Assembly: GCA_947477565.1 (NCBI GenBank)
Contig: CANJUR010000001.1
Coordinates: 27,996-91,995 of the forward strand
DNA length: 64,000 bases
Direction: 5' to 3'
DNA from: Deltaproteobacteria bacterium
Lineage (GTDB): Bacteria; Myxococcota_A; Polyangia; Polyangiales; Ga0077539
Positions 24,362 to 34,170 of the stretch are shown in pieces. The notes under the pieces are model-generated. The model was not told the origin of the DNA. It was given only the letters and a program-made list of their open reading frames with translations, and did no database searches. A program made the position numbers and the translations under genes. Positions within the stretch are counted from its first letter, which is position 1; each line of letters opens with the position of its first letter.

Positions 24362-26623
24362 CTACCGCGGCGTCGCGAAGCGCTCCTTCAAGAGCGCTCC
24401 GACGGCGTCGCGCGCGCTGTCGTCGTCGTACCCGAATCGCGCCTTCAGCACTGCCAACGTAGAATTCGCCCGCGCCAGCGCGTCGGGTTCGAGCCCGCCC
24501 GCACCCTCCGAGAGAATCACCTCGAGGTCGCGCGCCACCGCCGTCACCTGCGTGCGGTGCTCCTCAAAGAACACCTCCCGAAGCTTCGCAATGTGCTGGG
24601 GAAAAAGCCCCTTGCCGGGCAGCATCTGCCCCGGGTGGTCAATCGCCCACGCGGCCACGCGCGAGATGAGGTTGCGCCGAAACTCCTCGTGCGAACCGCC
24701 GAAACCCAGCATGCGCTCGATGTCCCGCATCATCGTCTCGTCCGCAGGCTCGGACTTGCGCGAGACACGGTTCTCGATCGTCTCGCCCTTGGTCCAGGCC
24801 GAAACGTGGAGCACGTAGCGCTCGAAGACATCGTCGTAGCGGGCCTCGTCGGCGAAGCCCGTGGCGCTGCGCAACTCGTCCTCCAGCGAGTCCAGCAACC
24901 GCCCGCGCAGCGCCTTCAAGAACCACTTCGGGTCCTGGTATCCCCCCGCGGCGGTCTCCTGCCGCAGCCACTCGAACTCCCCGATGCGAGCGCTGAGCTC
25001 CGCTAGACCGTCGAGCACCGCGAAGGGCGACAACACCTTGTACGCAGGCACCTGCGCGGCATCGAGAATCAACCCGCGAATCTCCCTCGGCGAAGCCCCG
25101 CTGCGCCCCTCGTAGTTCGCCTGCCGCTCGGTCTCCCGGTACACCGCCTCGATGCCCGCGCGTAGCTCGCGCGCCTGCTCCTCGACGTAGCGCGACGGAA
25201 CCTTCCCGAGCGCCAGCAGGTCAGCTTTCTCCATCGGATCGAGCGCCCCCAGGACGCTCGCCAGCGGCTTCGGGAAATCCGCCAACGTCGGCTTGCGCAG
25301 CCGCGAGAGCACCGCGAAGAGCGCAGCCATCTCCGTCGCGTGCGGGGCCACCGGACGGCCTACTCCAGGCGCAACCTGGCGATCGTAGATCTCCTTCTCC
25401 AGGGTCCAGTCGAGGAGGTACGGCGCGCGCACCAGCTCGAGGCGACCGCGAAACGACGCGTACTCCGGGTGCTCGCGAAACGCCTCGAGATGCCCCTCGT
25501 TGCTGCTCCCGATCATCACGAGATTGGGCACAAGGTTGGACGTCGTGAGCGCGACCTCGCCGGTCTCGATCATCAGCAACAGGTACTTCCATGCCTCGAG
25601 CGGGCGCTTGAGGAGGTCGGAGTATTCGAGGAGACCCCCGGCGGCATCGACGAGCTCGCCGAAGGGCTCGAAGAGCGCGCTGTTCTGCAACGACGGCGGC
25701 AGCGCACTGAGCGAGCGCGAGGCCGTCACCTGCCGCTCCTTGGCGTCAACAGCCATCTGCGGGCCGAGGGTCACCGCACCGGAGCGATACCGCCGCGACA
25801 CGTACCAACGCTCGACCTGAACGTGCGCGTACACCCGCCGGAGATCGCCCCGGTACGCGGTGAAGAGCGCCTCGAAGACCTGCTGCGACTTGTGCGACAA
25901 ACCGCCGCGCCACAAGAACTGCGGCGGCCCCTCGCCGTCGCGCTCGCCCCCCGCGAAGGTGTCCTGGAGCAGCTGCTGGCGCACCTCCCGAGGCAATAGC
26001 AACAGCGGGTGGTCGCGCAGTTCGCACAGAACCTTGGCGTCAATGTCGCGTTCGTCGAGGTGGGCGTACGTCTCGCCGGGCGCCGGACCATCGTCCTTGC
26101 CGCCGCCGCCGAACCCGAAGCCGATCTTCGCGTTGTCGGTGCCGCGACCCCGCGGAAACACCCAGTTGAACTGATAGAGCGCGCCGTCATCGGAGTGCGA
26201 GTACGCCTCCATCGCGCGCATGACGCTCGCCGCGAAGGTGCTCTTGGCGCTGCCGTTGGGGCCGTGAAGAAGCACCAATCGGTTGACCGCGCCGAGCCGC
26301 GCGAAGTTCGCCAGCGCCCGGTACACCTCGGCCTGCTGGGTCTCCTGCCCGATGAGCGCATCGCGCTGCCCGACGTCGTCCTCCCAGGGCAGGTCGAAGA
26401 GATTCCATCGGGTGAATCGACCGTACGGGCGCACGACCTCGTGGGTGCCGTAGTGATCGAAGAGGTCGCGCAGCCACCGCGCGGCGTCGCGGCCGTACCG
26501 CCGGGGGGTCGCCGCATACAGGTCGAGGTACTCGTCGAAGCTCATCACCCGGCGCGCCCCCGAGAAGCGCTCCCGCTCCCGCTCCAGACCCGCGCGCACG
26601 GCCTCTACCGGGTTGTTTTTCAT
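24362..26623 (-). CDS. prkA: PrkA-family AAA+/serine protein kinase
   Basis: Start at ATG 26623 (MKNNPVEAV...); the longer ORF N-terminus overlaps tsaE and was rejected. Walker-A-like LLHGPNGSAKST; conserved PrkA blocks LLEYSDLLKRPLEAWKYLL and IGSSNE. 753 aa. Confidence 0.85.
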   Translation of the reverse strand: MKNNPVEAVRAGLERERERFSGARRVMSFDEYLDLYAATPRRYGRDAARWLRDLFDHYGTHEVVRPYGRFTRWNLFDLPWEDDVGQRDALIGQETQQAEVYRALANFARLGAVNRLVLLHGPNGSAKSTFAASVMRAMEAYSHSDDGALYQFNWVFPRGRGTDNAKIGFGFGGGGKDDGPAPGETYAHLDERDIDAKVLCELRDHPLLLLPREVRQQLLQDTFAGGERDGEGPPQFLWRGGLSHKSQQVFEALFTAYRGDLRRVYAHVQVERWYVSRRYRSGAVTLGPQMAVDAKERQVTASRSLSALPPSLQNSALFEPFGELVDAAGGLLEYSDLLKRPLEAWKYLLLMIETGEVALTTSNLVPNLVMIGSSNEGHLEAFREHPEYASFRGRLELVRAPYLLDWTLEKEIYDRQVAPGVGRPVAPHATEMAALFAVLSRLRKPTLADFPKPLASVLGALDPMEKADLLALGKVPSRYVEEQARELRAGIEAVYRETERQANYEGRSGASPREIRGLILDAAQVPAYKVLSPFAVLDGLAELSARIGEFEWLRQETAAGGYQDPKWFLKALRGRLLDSLEDELRSATGFADEARYDDVFERYVLHVSAWTKGETIENRVSRKSEPADETMMRDIERMLGFGGSHEEFRRNLISRVAAWAIDHPGQMLPGKGLFPQHIAKLREVFFEEHRTQVTAVARDLEVILSEGAGGLEPDALARANSTLAVLKARFGYDDDSARDAVGALLKERFATPR

Positions 26624-26666
26624 GGCCTTCGAAAGGTACGCGAGGCAACCCTCGGAAGCCACGCGG

Positions 26667-27143
26667 TTACGCCCGCCGCGCGGCCTCCCACTGCGCCGCA
26701 ACCGCCCGAAGCGCCTCCGCACGGGGTCCCGTCGCCGTGAGCGCGAGCGACCGCTCACCGGGCCGCGCGGGCGTGAGCGTCGCCCACAGGACGTCACGCG
26801 GCAGAACCCCCGGGAGCCGGTCGGCCCACTCGACCAGGAGCAACCCGTCCGCCGCCCGCTCGACGAGACCGATCTCCGCGAGTTCATCAGCGTCGGCCAG
26901 ACGGTAGAGGTCGGCGTGGTGCACCGGCAGACGCCCCGAGTGCTCGATCACGACCGCGAACGTCGGAGAGGTCACCCGGATCGTCGGTGGGACGCCTGCG
27001 CCGCGTGCGATGGCCTGCGCGAAGTGGGTCTTTCCCGCGCCCAGGGCGCCGAGGAGGGCGATGACGTCACCGGCCTCCGCGGCGACGCCGAGAGCGCGGC
27101 CGAGACGACGGAGCGAGGGTCGGCGAAGGAGCAACGGAGCCAT
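26667..27143 (-). CDS. tsaE: tRNA t6A37 biosynthesis ATPase TsaE
   Basis: GDVIALLGALGAGKTHFAQ, VTSPTFAVV, HADLYRL; 158 aa. Confidence 0.88.
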   Translation of the reverse strand: MAPLLLRRPSLRRLGRALGVAAEAGDVIALLGALGAGKTHFAQAIARGAGVPPTIRVTSPTFAVVIEHSGRLPVHHADLYRLADADELAEIGLVERAADGLLLVEWADRLPGVLPRDVLWATLTPARPGERSLALTATGPRAEALRAVAAQWEAARRA

Positions 27144-27149
27144 CGGGGA

Positions 27150-27584
27150 TTACGGTCCTTGGTATGGGCCGAAGGTGGCGCGGAGGAAGGTAAAGACGTC
27201 CGCGCGCTGGGCGTCTTCGAGAGCGATCATCGGCATCCTGCGACCGCCATCACGGACGATCCGCTGGATCGACTCGTCGGTGCTCGCCGGCACCTCAAGA
27301 CGCAGGTCGGGCCCGTCGCCCGAACCCGCACCGCGGGCGCCATGACAAATGGCGCACGAGCGGCGAAACACGACGCTTCCGCGGGTGACAGCGGGGTCGA
27401 TGTCCGTCGGGATGTCCGCGCCCTGATCCGCCGCGTCGAGCACCGTGTCGAGCGCCGCGGCATCGGACGGGCTCACCGCCGCGGGCACCTCACCCGCGCA
27501 GGCCGAGAAGAGCATCAGGACGAAGAGTGTGAAGAGAGATCGCACGATGGTGAGAGGGCACACCGGCGGTCGAGGGGTCGTCAA
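27150..27584 (-). CDS. c-type cytochrome (class I-like), probable lipoprotein
   Basis: Signal and lipobox ...LFVLMLFSAC; heme-binding CAICH; distal Met candidates in GGRRMPMI. Confidence 0.75.
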   Translation of the reverse strand: MTTPRPPVCPLTIVRSLFTLFVLMLFSACAGEVPAAVSPSDAAALDTVLDAADQGADIPTDIDPAVTRGSVVFRRSCAICHGARGAGSGDGPDLRLEVPASTDESIQRIVRDGGRRMPMIALEDAQRADVFTFLRATFGPYQGP

Positions 27585-28939
27585 GAGAGTCGTACCGGCG
27601 CGGCAACCCAGGGGAGGGTCGCGGTGCCGGTGTTCATCCGTTCGGCGCTGACGCCCGACAGGGCACGCAAGATCGCGTGAAAGTTGCCCGTCGCCGACCA
27701 GGCCCCGGCCTTGAGGCGGGCCACCGGGACGCCGTCCTCCACGGCCACGCCACCCTGAACCGGGTTGTTGAAAGCCCCGGTCGCCTTGTTTGCCGAGTGG
27801 ATGCCGAGCAGGTCGGTGAGCACCACCGTGCGCCCCGGCGCCAGCTTCATTCGCGGCGTGTTTCCCTCGGGCATGTCGAGGTGTCCCATGCCCACCCGCA
27901 CCGGCGCTTCGCTCGCGTCTTCGGCCATCAAGGGCAGCCGGAATCCGTTGCCCGTCGAGGCGCCGCCCCAGGCCACCTTCGCCGAGCGGCGGTCGGCCAG
28001 CAGCGTTCGCAGCACCCCGCGCTCCACGACGGTCTTGCGCTGTCCAATGACGCCCTCGTCATCGATGACCGCACCGGCTAGCGACGCCGTCGCGCCGCTG
28101 TCATCGAAGAGGCTGAAGATCGGCGAGCCGACCACGTCGCCCACGGACGCGCGGGACAGCCCGGAGACCACCCGATCGAGCCCGACTCGCTCGAGAAAGA
28201 GCGAGCGCAGAAGCGACTCGAGGAGCCGCGGATCGATGATGACGGTGACCTCGCGCGGACCGCCCAGCCACTCGGCGACGGTGACCTCCCGCGGCGGCAG
28301 CCCCACGATCAGCTCGCGCCCGAGCGAACGAACGTCCTGCTCCGTGGGCGCGGCGGTTCCGGAGAGGGAATCCCACTCGTTGCCATCGACCATCAAGAAC
28401 GCCGAGCCCACGGTGCTCGCGGACAACACGGTCGCGCCGCGCGCCGTCGCCATCGCCCGCCACGTGCGCCCGACCTTGAGAACCCCATCAAGGACGACCT
28501 CCGGGCTCGCCGCGGCGGCGCGGGCGGCCTCGGCCATGCAGACGGCGAGCGCGCGAACCTGCGCGGGCCGATCGATCATCGCGGCGACGGCGTCGTCCCA
28601 TCCGCGGCCGTCCGGCGGCGTCTCGTGCAGCACCGCGAAGTCCTCGAGCGCGTCGGGCTGTGCGGCGGAGAGCGACCGCAGCAACGCGCCCGCGGCGTCG
28701 TCGATGGATGATCCCGTCGTGGCAGCGATGGCCAACCGACCGCCCTTGCGGGCCCGCATCGCCACCCGCCACGTGTCGCACTGCAACTCCGGGATCAGCG
28801 CCCGACCTTCGATGGCATACGACACCTGATCGGCGCGCTCGACGCGCACTTCGACGTCATCGGTCACTGCGGCGACCCGCGCGCGAACCGCCTCGGCCAG
28901 CGCACGCACGGAAGCGAAGGCAACGTTCATCGAGGTCAT
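27581..28939 (-). CDS. Divergent PmbA/TldE-like protein (second copy in the window)
   Basis: 452 aa, TldD/PmbA-fold tail (VVLTDLLGIHSANKATGAFNNPVQGGVAVEDG), no HExxxH. Lies 3 nt downstream of the tldD-like gene. Confidence 0.7.
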   Translation of the reverse strand: MTSMNVAFASVRALAEAVRARVAAVTDDVEVRVERADQVSYAIEGRALIPELQCDTWRVAMRARKGGRLAIAATTGSSIDDAAGALLRSLSAAQPDALEDFAVLHETPPDGRGWDDAVAAMIDRPAQVRALAVCMAEAARAAAASPEVVLDGVLKVGRTWRAMATARGATVLSASTVGSAFLMVDGNEWDSLSGTAAPTEQDVRSLGRELIVGLPPREVTVAEWLGGPREVTVIIDPRLLESLLRSLFLERVGLDRVVSGLSRASVGDVVGSPIFSLFDDSGATASLAGAVIDDEGVIGQRKTVVERGVLRTLLADRRSAKVAWGGASTGNGFRLPLMAEDASEAPVRVGMGHLDMPEGNTPRMKLAPGRTVVLTDLLGIHSANKATGAFNNPVQGGVAVEDGVPVARLKAGAWSATGNFHAILRALSGVSAERMNTGTATLPWVAAPVRLS

Positions 28940-28942
28940 CGT

Positions 28943-30475
28943 TCAGGCCTCAAAGGTGAGGTTGACCCATGGGGAAGCGCCCAGGCGCACGAAGGTCGGG
29001 CCGCCCTCGGTCACCCGGCGCAACTGCGTTCCCTTGCCGCAGAAGCCCACGCCGTGGCAGTCGATCGGACCTGCATAGCCCTCCACGGTCTTCAGGCAAC
29101 CTGCTGTAAGTGCAGTGAAATTCCCAGGAAGAATCATCTCTCCGGTCAAGCTCCCGTCGCGCACGAGGTAACCATACTGGGTGGACGACGACATGCCCTC
29201 CTTGGACACCGCGCCGCCCAGCGAGCCGTGGAGCACGACCCCAAGCGTGACGCCCCGCAGCAGCTCTTCGAGGCTGTCCACCCAGTGCTCGCCGCGCTCG
29301 GGGCAGAGCACCGTGTTGCGCATCCGCACGATGCGTCGGTCGCCCAGTTCGGAGAACCCGTTGCCCGTCGGCGCCACCCCGAATCGGTGCGCCGTTTCTC
29401 GGGAGTGCATCATCCCGACGATGTGACCGCCGGAGACCAGCTCCGCCGCCCTCACCTCGACCCCTTCGTCGTCGATAAACTCCGTGCCGAAGCCCTTGTC
29501 CGCGACGGGTGTTCCGTCGCCGTCGGGCGCCGCGCTGTCGATGATACGGACCACCGCCGACCCGAGCGGAGACACCAGCGCGACGCCCGCCGGGGAGACG
29601 ATGGCGCTGTTTCCCGACCGCACGATGTCGGCCTCGATCGGGTGCCCGAGACCCTCGTGGATGAACACCAACGCCGACTTGTGCAGCACGTAGTGGGTCA
29701 CCGCAGTGAGCTCCTCGGCGGTCATCGGCCGCGCGTCGAGAAGGCGCACCGCGACGTCGCGTTCGTCGGCCAACTCCTGGGCCACGGCAGGCGCGAGCCG
29801 CCCCTCGACGTCCACGTACTGCGCCAGACCGCCGACGTCTCCGAAGCGCACCCGCGTACGCGCCTGCTGCTCACCGCGCAGCGCGCGAAACACCACCTGC
29901 ACGAACCCGATGGTCATCACCTGGGTCTTGAACACCCCGTCGGTGTCCGCGATCCACTTCTCCTCGACCTGCTCCCAGGCCCATAGCTCGGGCACCACCC
30001 GCACGTCCGACGTCGAGCCCGCCGCTGCGAGCGCATCCACCGCACGCGCAAGAGCCTCGAGGCGCGGCGTCAGATCGACGTCCCGCGGGTCATCCGTCGG
30101 GGCGATGCCGTATCTCTCGCGGGTCGGGTTTGGAATCGCCGCGAGCCCGAAACCGGGGTCTGCGGGCTCCGCCGCGAGCGCCTCCACGCCGCGATCGATC
30201 GCCGTGCGCAGCGTCTCGACGTTGGCGTCGCCGGCCTTGATGCCGACCTGGCGTCCACCCTCCCCGACGAGCCTGATCTGCACGGCGCTCTTGACCGAGG
30301 CGGGCTTCACCATCCGCTGCCCGGACGCCAGTTGGTGCACCTCGCACTTGAAGACCCGCTCGTACACGGCGTCCGCATAGGTGGCCTTGGTTCGCGCGTA
30401 ACGGAGCGCGGACTCCAGCGCCGGCCGCACCGCCGCGTCGCCGCGCGGCACCGGCGCGTCATGGCTATTCAACAT
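28943..30475 (-). CDS. Divergent TldD-like metalloprotease (second copy in the window)
   Basis: 510 aa. HEGLGHPIEAD motif, FIDDEGVEV, RFGVAPTGNG, RMRNTVL. Clearly diverged from the tldD at 2192..3652. Confidence 0.75.
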   Translation of the reverse strand: MLNSHDAPVPRGDAAVRPALESALRYARTKATYADAVYERVFKCEVHQLASGQRMVKPASVKSAVQIRLVGEGGRQVGIKAGDANVETLRTAIDRGVEALAAEPADPGFGLAAIPNPTRERYGIAPTDDPRDVDLTPRLEALARAVDALAAAGSTSDVRVVPELWAWEQVEEKWIADTDGVFKTQVMTIGFVQVVFRALRGEQQARTRVRFGDVGGLAQYVDVEGRLAPAVAQELADERDVAVRLLDARPMTAEELTAVTHYVLHKSALVFIHEGLGHPIEADIVRSGNSAIVSPAGVALVSPLGSAVVRIIDSAAPDGDGTPVADKGFGTEFIDDEGVEVRAAELVSGGHIVGMMHSRETAHRFGVAPTGNGFSELGDRRIVRMRNTVLCPERGEHWVDSLEELLRGVTLGVVLHGSLGGAVSKEGMSSSTQYGYLVRDGSLTGEMILPGNFTALTAGCLKTVEGYAGPIDCHGVGFCGKGTQLRRVTEGGPTFVRLGASPWVNLTFEA

Positions 30476-30544
30476 CGGCGACAGGGTATCAGGTTCCGGC
30501 GTGATGGCAGAGCGCGACGGAGCGTGGCATCACGCCCCGCAGCG

Positions 30545-31354
30545 ATGAACACCGCAGCTGCACTCGTTACCGATGACTTCACCCATCGCACCCTGCAACG
30601 CGTCGGCAAGCGGGTGCACCGGATGGGCATCGCCTGCAACTACGGCCTCGACGCAGACGGCTTCGCGGCCGCCCTCGACCGCGGCGCCAACTACTTTTTC
30701 TGGACACCCATGCGCGCCGGAAAGATCACGCCGGTCTTGTGCGAGGCGCTGCGGCGAGATCGCGAACGCTACGTGGTGGCCAGCGGCCCGACGCTCGCCG
30801 TCACCGGCGGCAACGTCACCCGCGGCGTCGAGTCGCTCCTAAAGAAGCTCCGCACCGATTACCTGGACGTGTATCAATTGTTCTGGGTGGGGGTGACCGC
30901 CTCTTGGCGCGACGCCACCGCAGACGCTCTCGCGAAGCTCAAGGAGCAGGGAAAGATTCGCGCGGCGGCGGTGTCCATCCACGACCGCCCGCGGGCCGCC
31001 GAGCTGAGCCTCGACGAGCGCCTCGACCTGCTGATGATCCGCTACAACGCCGCGCACCCCGGCGCCGAGCGGGACATCTTCCCGCGCTTCGAGGTGCGCC
31101 GACCGGACGTGGCGGCCTACACCGCGACCGACTGGCGCAAGTTGCTCAAGCGCCCGTCCGGCTGGGTGGGAAAGGTCCCCGACGCCGGCGACTGCTACCG
31201 CTTCGCGCTGTCGAGCCCACACATCGACATGGTGATCTCCGGCCCCGCCGACCGCGCGCAAATGGAGGCAAACTTCGCCGCCCTCGAGCGCGGACCGCTC
31301 AGTCCAACCGACGATCAATGGCTGCGCGAGTTTGGAAAGATCGTGCACGGATGA
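30545..31354 (+). CDS. Aldo/keto reductase family oxidoreductase
   Basis: Internal ATG of ORF 30332..31354. Blocks LDRGANYFFWTPM, LRTDYLDVYQLFWV, IRAAAVSIHD, IDMVISGP. Confidence 0.65.
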   Translation: MNTAAALVTDDFTHRTLQRVGKRVHRMGIACNYGLDADGFAAALDRGANYFFWTPMRAGKITPVLCEALRRDRERYVVASGPTLAVTGGNVTRGVESLLKKLRTDYLDVYQLFWVGVTASWRDATADALAKLKEQGKIRAAAVSIHDRPRAAELSLDERLDLLMIRYNAAHPGAERDIFPRFEVRRPDVAAYTATDWRKLLKRPSGWVGKVPDAGDCYRFALSSPHIDMVISGPADRAQMEANFAALERGPLSPTDDQWLREFGKIVHG

Positions 31355-31434
31355 TTCCTTCGAGAAATATCTTGCGTCCCTGCGCGGTGGGTGTAGAAGG
31401 GCGGTCCCTCACGGGAAGCCGTGCGTGGGTGGTT

Positions 31435-31512
<78 letters not shown>

Positions 31513-31552
31513 TTTTGGTGGTCGGCCCACTCCACGCACGGTTCTCCGCGAA

Positions 31553-31585
31553 GGATCCCCTCCCTGAATGTCCGGGAGAGGGATC
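31553..31585 (+). other. Imperfect hairpin about 40 nt downstream of tRNA-Pro
   Basis: ggatcccctccc-tgaatgtcc-gggagagggatc: about an 11-bp stem with one bulged A. A tttt run directly follows the tRNA CCA end. Confidence 0.4.
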
Positions 31586-31633
31586 ACCGCGGGCCTTCGT
31601 TCAATCCACTCCCCAGCTCCACCCCGGTGACGC

Positions 31634-32413
31634 ATGGACCTCTTACCTGATACGGTAATCCCGATGCCCCCGCTGTTGTTGCTCAGCAACGACGACGGCG
31701 TCCACGCGGAGGGCCTCCGCCTCCTTGCCCGCGCGGTCGAGCACCTCGGCGACGTGGTGATCGTGGCCCCGGCCTCCGAGCAATCGACCCGCTCCCACGC
31801 GCTGACTCTGCATCGTCCGCTTCGGGTGCTGTCCGTCGGGGCCGCGGTCTGGTCCGTGGACGGCACGCCCGCGGACTGCACGTACGTCGCGCTGCACCAC
31901 CCGACGATGCTCCCGCGACGCCCGACGCTGGTGCTGAGCGGCATCAACCACGGCTCCAACCTGGGCGGCGATGTCTTCTACTCGGGCACCGTCGCGGCGG
32001 CGCGCGAGGCGGCCTTCCGGGGCGTCCCGGCGATGGCCCTCTCGATGCCATCGGGCGCTGACCCTGCGCTCTGCGCGGCGCTTGCGGTGCCGTTCGTGGC
32101 TCGGCTGCTCGCGGCGCTCGCGCAGACGCCCGGGGAGCCCACGCCACTGCTCAACCTCAACTTCCCCAACGGCGAGCCAAAGGGCACTCGCAGCACGCGC
32201 CTCGGGGTGCGGGCGTACGAAGATCTCGTGGAGGTCCGGCACGACCCGCGGGGCCGCCAGTATCTCTGGATCGGCGGCCCCAGCGTGGACCATCCGCTCG
32301 TCGTGGGAAGCGACACGGAGGCGTTCGATGCTGGGTTCATTTCGCTCTCGGCGCTGCGGCTCGACATGGACACGACCGCCTTCGCGCCGCTGCTCGACGC
32401 CGTCGCGGGGTAA
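31634..32413 (+). CDS. surE: 5'/3'-nucleotidase SurE
   Basis: LLLLSNDDGVHAEGL, SGINHGSNLG, YSGTVAAAREA. A more typical start is ATG 31664 (MPPLLLLSNDDG). Confidence 0.9.
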   Translation: MDLLPDTVIPMPPLLLLSNDDGVHAEGLRLLARAVEHLGDVVIVAPASEQSTRSHALTLHRPLRVLSVGAAVWSVDGTPADCTYVALHHPTMLPRRPTLVLSGINHGSNLGGDVFYSGTVAAAREAAFRGVPAMALSMPSGADPALCAALAVPFVARLLAALAQTPGEPTPLLNLNFPNGEPKGTRSTRLGVRAYEDLVEVRHDPRGRQYLWIGGPSVDHPLVVGSDTEAFDAGFISLSALRLDMDTTAFAPLLDAVAG

Positions 32414-32461
32414 CGCGGAGAGGTTGCGCGCGAGGGTGGGTACGGGCACCAATGCCCCACC

Positions 32462-32980
32462 ATGACCGACCTGTTCGCACTGGTTCGTGACGTACCTGAC
32501 TTCCCCAGGCCCGGTGTCCTCTTCAAGGACCTCACCCCGCTCTTCCGCGACGCCGCGGCTTTTCGGACGCTTATCGATGCACTCGCAGCCCCGTACCGGG
32601 ACGCAAAAGTCGATGCGGTGCTCGGTATCGAAGCGCGCGGCTTCATCCTGGGCGCGGCGGTGGCGCTTCGCCTCGGGGCCGGCTTCGTCCCGGCCCGCAA
32701 GCCCGGCAAGTTGCCCGCGCTCACCGACCGCGAGGCGTACTCCCTCGAGTACGGCCACGACGCCCTCGAACTCCACGTCGGCAGCTTCGCCCCGGGTGAT
32801 CGGGTTCTGCTGATCGACGACGTCATCGCCACCGGCGGAACCGCCCGCGCCGCACTCGCCCTCGCTCGCCGACAGCAGGCAGAGATCGTCGGCGCGGCGT
32901 TCGCAGTGGAGATCGACTTCCTCCGCGGACGGGATGTGCTGCCGATCGACGTCGCCGTCACCAGCCTTTTGCACGTGTAG
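32462..32980 (+). CDS. apt: Adenine phosphoribosyltransferase
   Basis: DFPRPGVLFKDLTPL, GIEARGFILG, PRPP motif VLLIDDVIATGGTA; 172 aa. Confidence 0.92.
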   Translation: MTDLFALVRDVPDFPRPGVLFKDLTPLFRDAAAFRTLIDALAAPYRDAKVDAVLGIEARGFILGAAVALRLGAGFVPARKPGKLPALTDREAYSLEYGHDALELHVGSFAPGDRVLLIDDVIATGGTARAALALARRQQAEIVGAAFAVEIDFLRGRDVLPIDVAVTSLLHV

Positions 32981-33013
32981 AAGCCGCGCGGCGGTCTGCG
33001 CTACCATCGGCTC

Positions 33014-33673
33014 GTGCAATGGATGGTGTTCTCCCTCCTGGTGGTCGGTAGCTCGGTTGCTTCGTTCGCTGCTCGCGAGCGACGGTTTCGGCGTCGGTGG
33101 CAAAATGTCGAACTACCCGCGATCACCGTCGGCCGCGGCGCATACCGCGAGGGGACAGCCTCCGGCGCGATGATGCCGAGCGCCCCGCTCGCCCTCCGAA
33201 TCGCCGCCCTCAGCTGCCTCGTCTACGGCCGCGGCGTGACGACGGCGCTCGTCACCACGGCGCTTTTCCTCGCGGGCCTGCCGCTGCGCGCGGTCGCGGA
33301 GACAACGCTCCACGGCCTTCTCGGCTACCTCGCGGGAGGCTACGGTTTTGGCGCCATCGCGGCGATCGTCCTCGCGGCGCTGGCCCTCGGCGCGGGCAAT
33401 GACCTGCTGTTGCGCAACCACCGCCACGCCTTCCGTCGCACGCGCAACATCGCTGTGGCATCGCTCGCGCTGCACGGGCTCGTCTGGGCGAACATCACCT
33501 TCCACGGTCACATCGTCGCAAGCTCGGCTCGAGACGTCGCGACCTCCCTCGCCCACGCACGCGTCATCGCCGCAATGGCGTTCGGGCACGCAGGGCTGAT
33601 GCTTGCGCTGGCCTACGCGTACCGGGCGCAGCTCTCGGCCCTGACGCCCGCCGAGCGCAAGTTCGAACTCTAG
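33014..33673 (+). CDS. Integral membrane protein, function unknown
   Basis: 219 aa with about 5-6 hydrophobic segments and high GC3; no motif recognised. Confidence 0.5.
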   Translation: MQWMVFSLLVVGSSVASFAARERRFRRRWQNVELPAITVGRGAYREGTASGAMMPSAPLALRIAALSCLVYGRGVTTALVTTALFLAGLPLRAVAETTLHGLLGYLAGGYGFGAIAAIVLAALALGAGNDLLLRNHRHAFRRTRNIAVASLALHGLVWANITFHGHIVASSARDVATSLAHARVIAAMAFGHAGLMLALAYAYRAQLSALTPAERKFEL

Positions 33674-33677
33674 CCAA

Positions 33678-34163
33678 TCAGCTCTTCGCGATCGCCACGT
33701 CTACGAGCGTCGGCGTGAGCAGTCCGGACAGCACCCGCGGATCAAGCCCCAACAAGAACCCACGACTGCCGCCGTTGAGGTACACGCGCGGCAGCTCGAG
33801 CACCGTGCGCTCGACGTACACCGGCATCGCGCGGCGGGTGCCCAACGGGCTCGTTCCGCCGACCTGATAGCCCGAGTGCCGATCGGCGACCTCGGGCTTG
33901 CACGCCTGGACGCTGCGCGCGCCGACGAGCCGTGCAAGTTCCCTGGTGCTCACCTCGCAGTCGCCGTGCATCAGCACCACCAGCGGGCGCTTCTGGTCGT
34001 CTTCCATCACCAGCGTCTTGATCACCGCGTGCTCGTCAACGCCCAGTTCGCGCGCCGAAACCCGGGTGCCGCCCCGGTCTTCGTAGCGGTAGAAATGTGC
34101 GGTGTAGGCAATGCCCTGCTGCTTCAGCAGGCGCGTGGCGTTGGTGCTCGGCGCGCGCTCCAT
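33678..34163 (-). CDS. ybaK: YbaK/EbsC-type Cys-tRNA(Pro) deacylase
   Basis: Start ATG 34163 (MERAPSTNATRLLKQQGIAY...). Blocks AVIKTLVM, CEVSTRELARLVG, HSGYQVGGTSPLG, VYLNGGSRG. Confidence 0.8.
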   Translation of the reverse strand: MERAPSTNATRLLKQQGIAYTAHFYRYEDRGGTRVSARELGVDEHAVIKTLVMEDDQKRPLVVLMHGDCEVSTRELARLVGARSVQACKPEVADRHSGYQVGGTSPLGTRRAMPVYVERTVLELPRVYLNGGSRGFLLGLDPRVLSGLLTPTLVDVAIAKS

Positions 34164-34170
34164 CGCTCGC

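Noticed and set aside
31643-33103. 486-aa minus-strand ORF covering surE and apt
   Set aside because: It is antisense to two unambiguous housekeeping genes, and its composition is typical of GC shadow ORFs.
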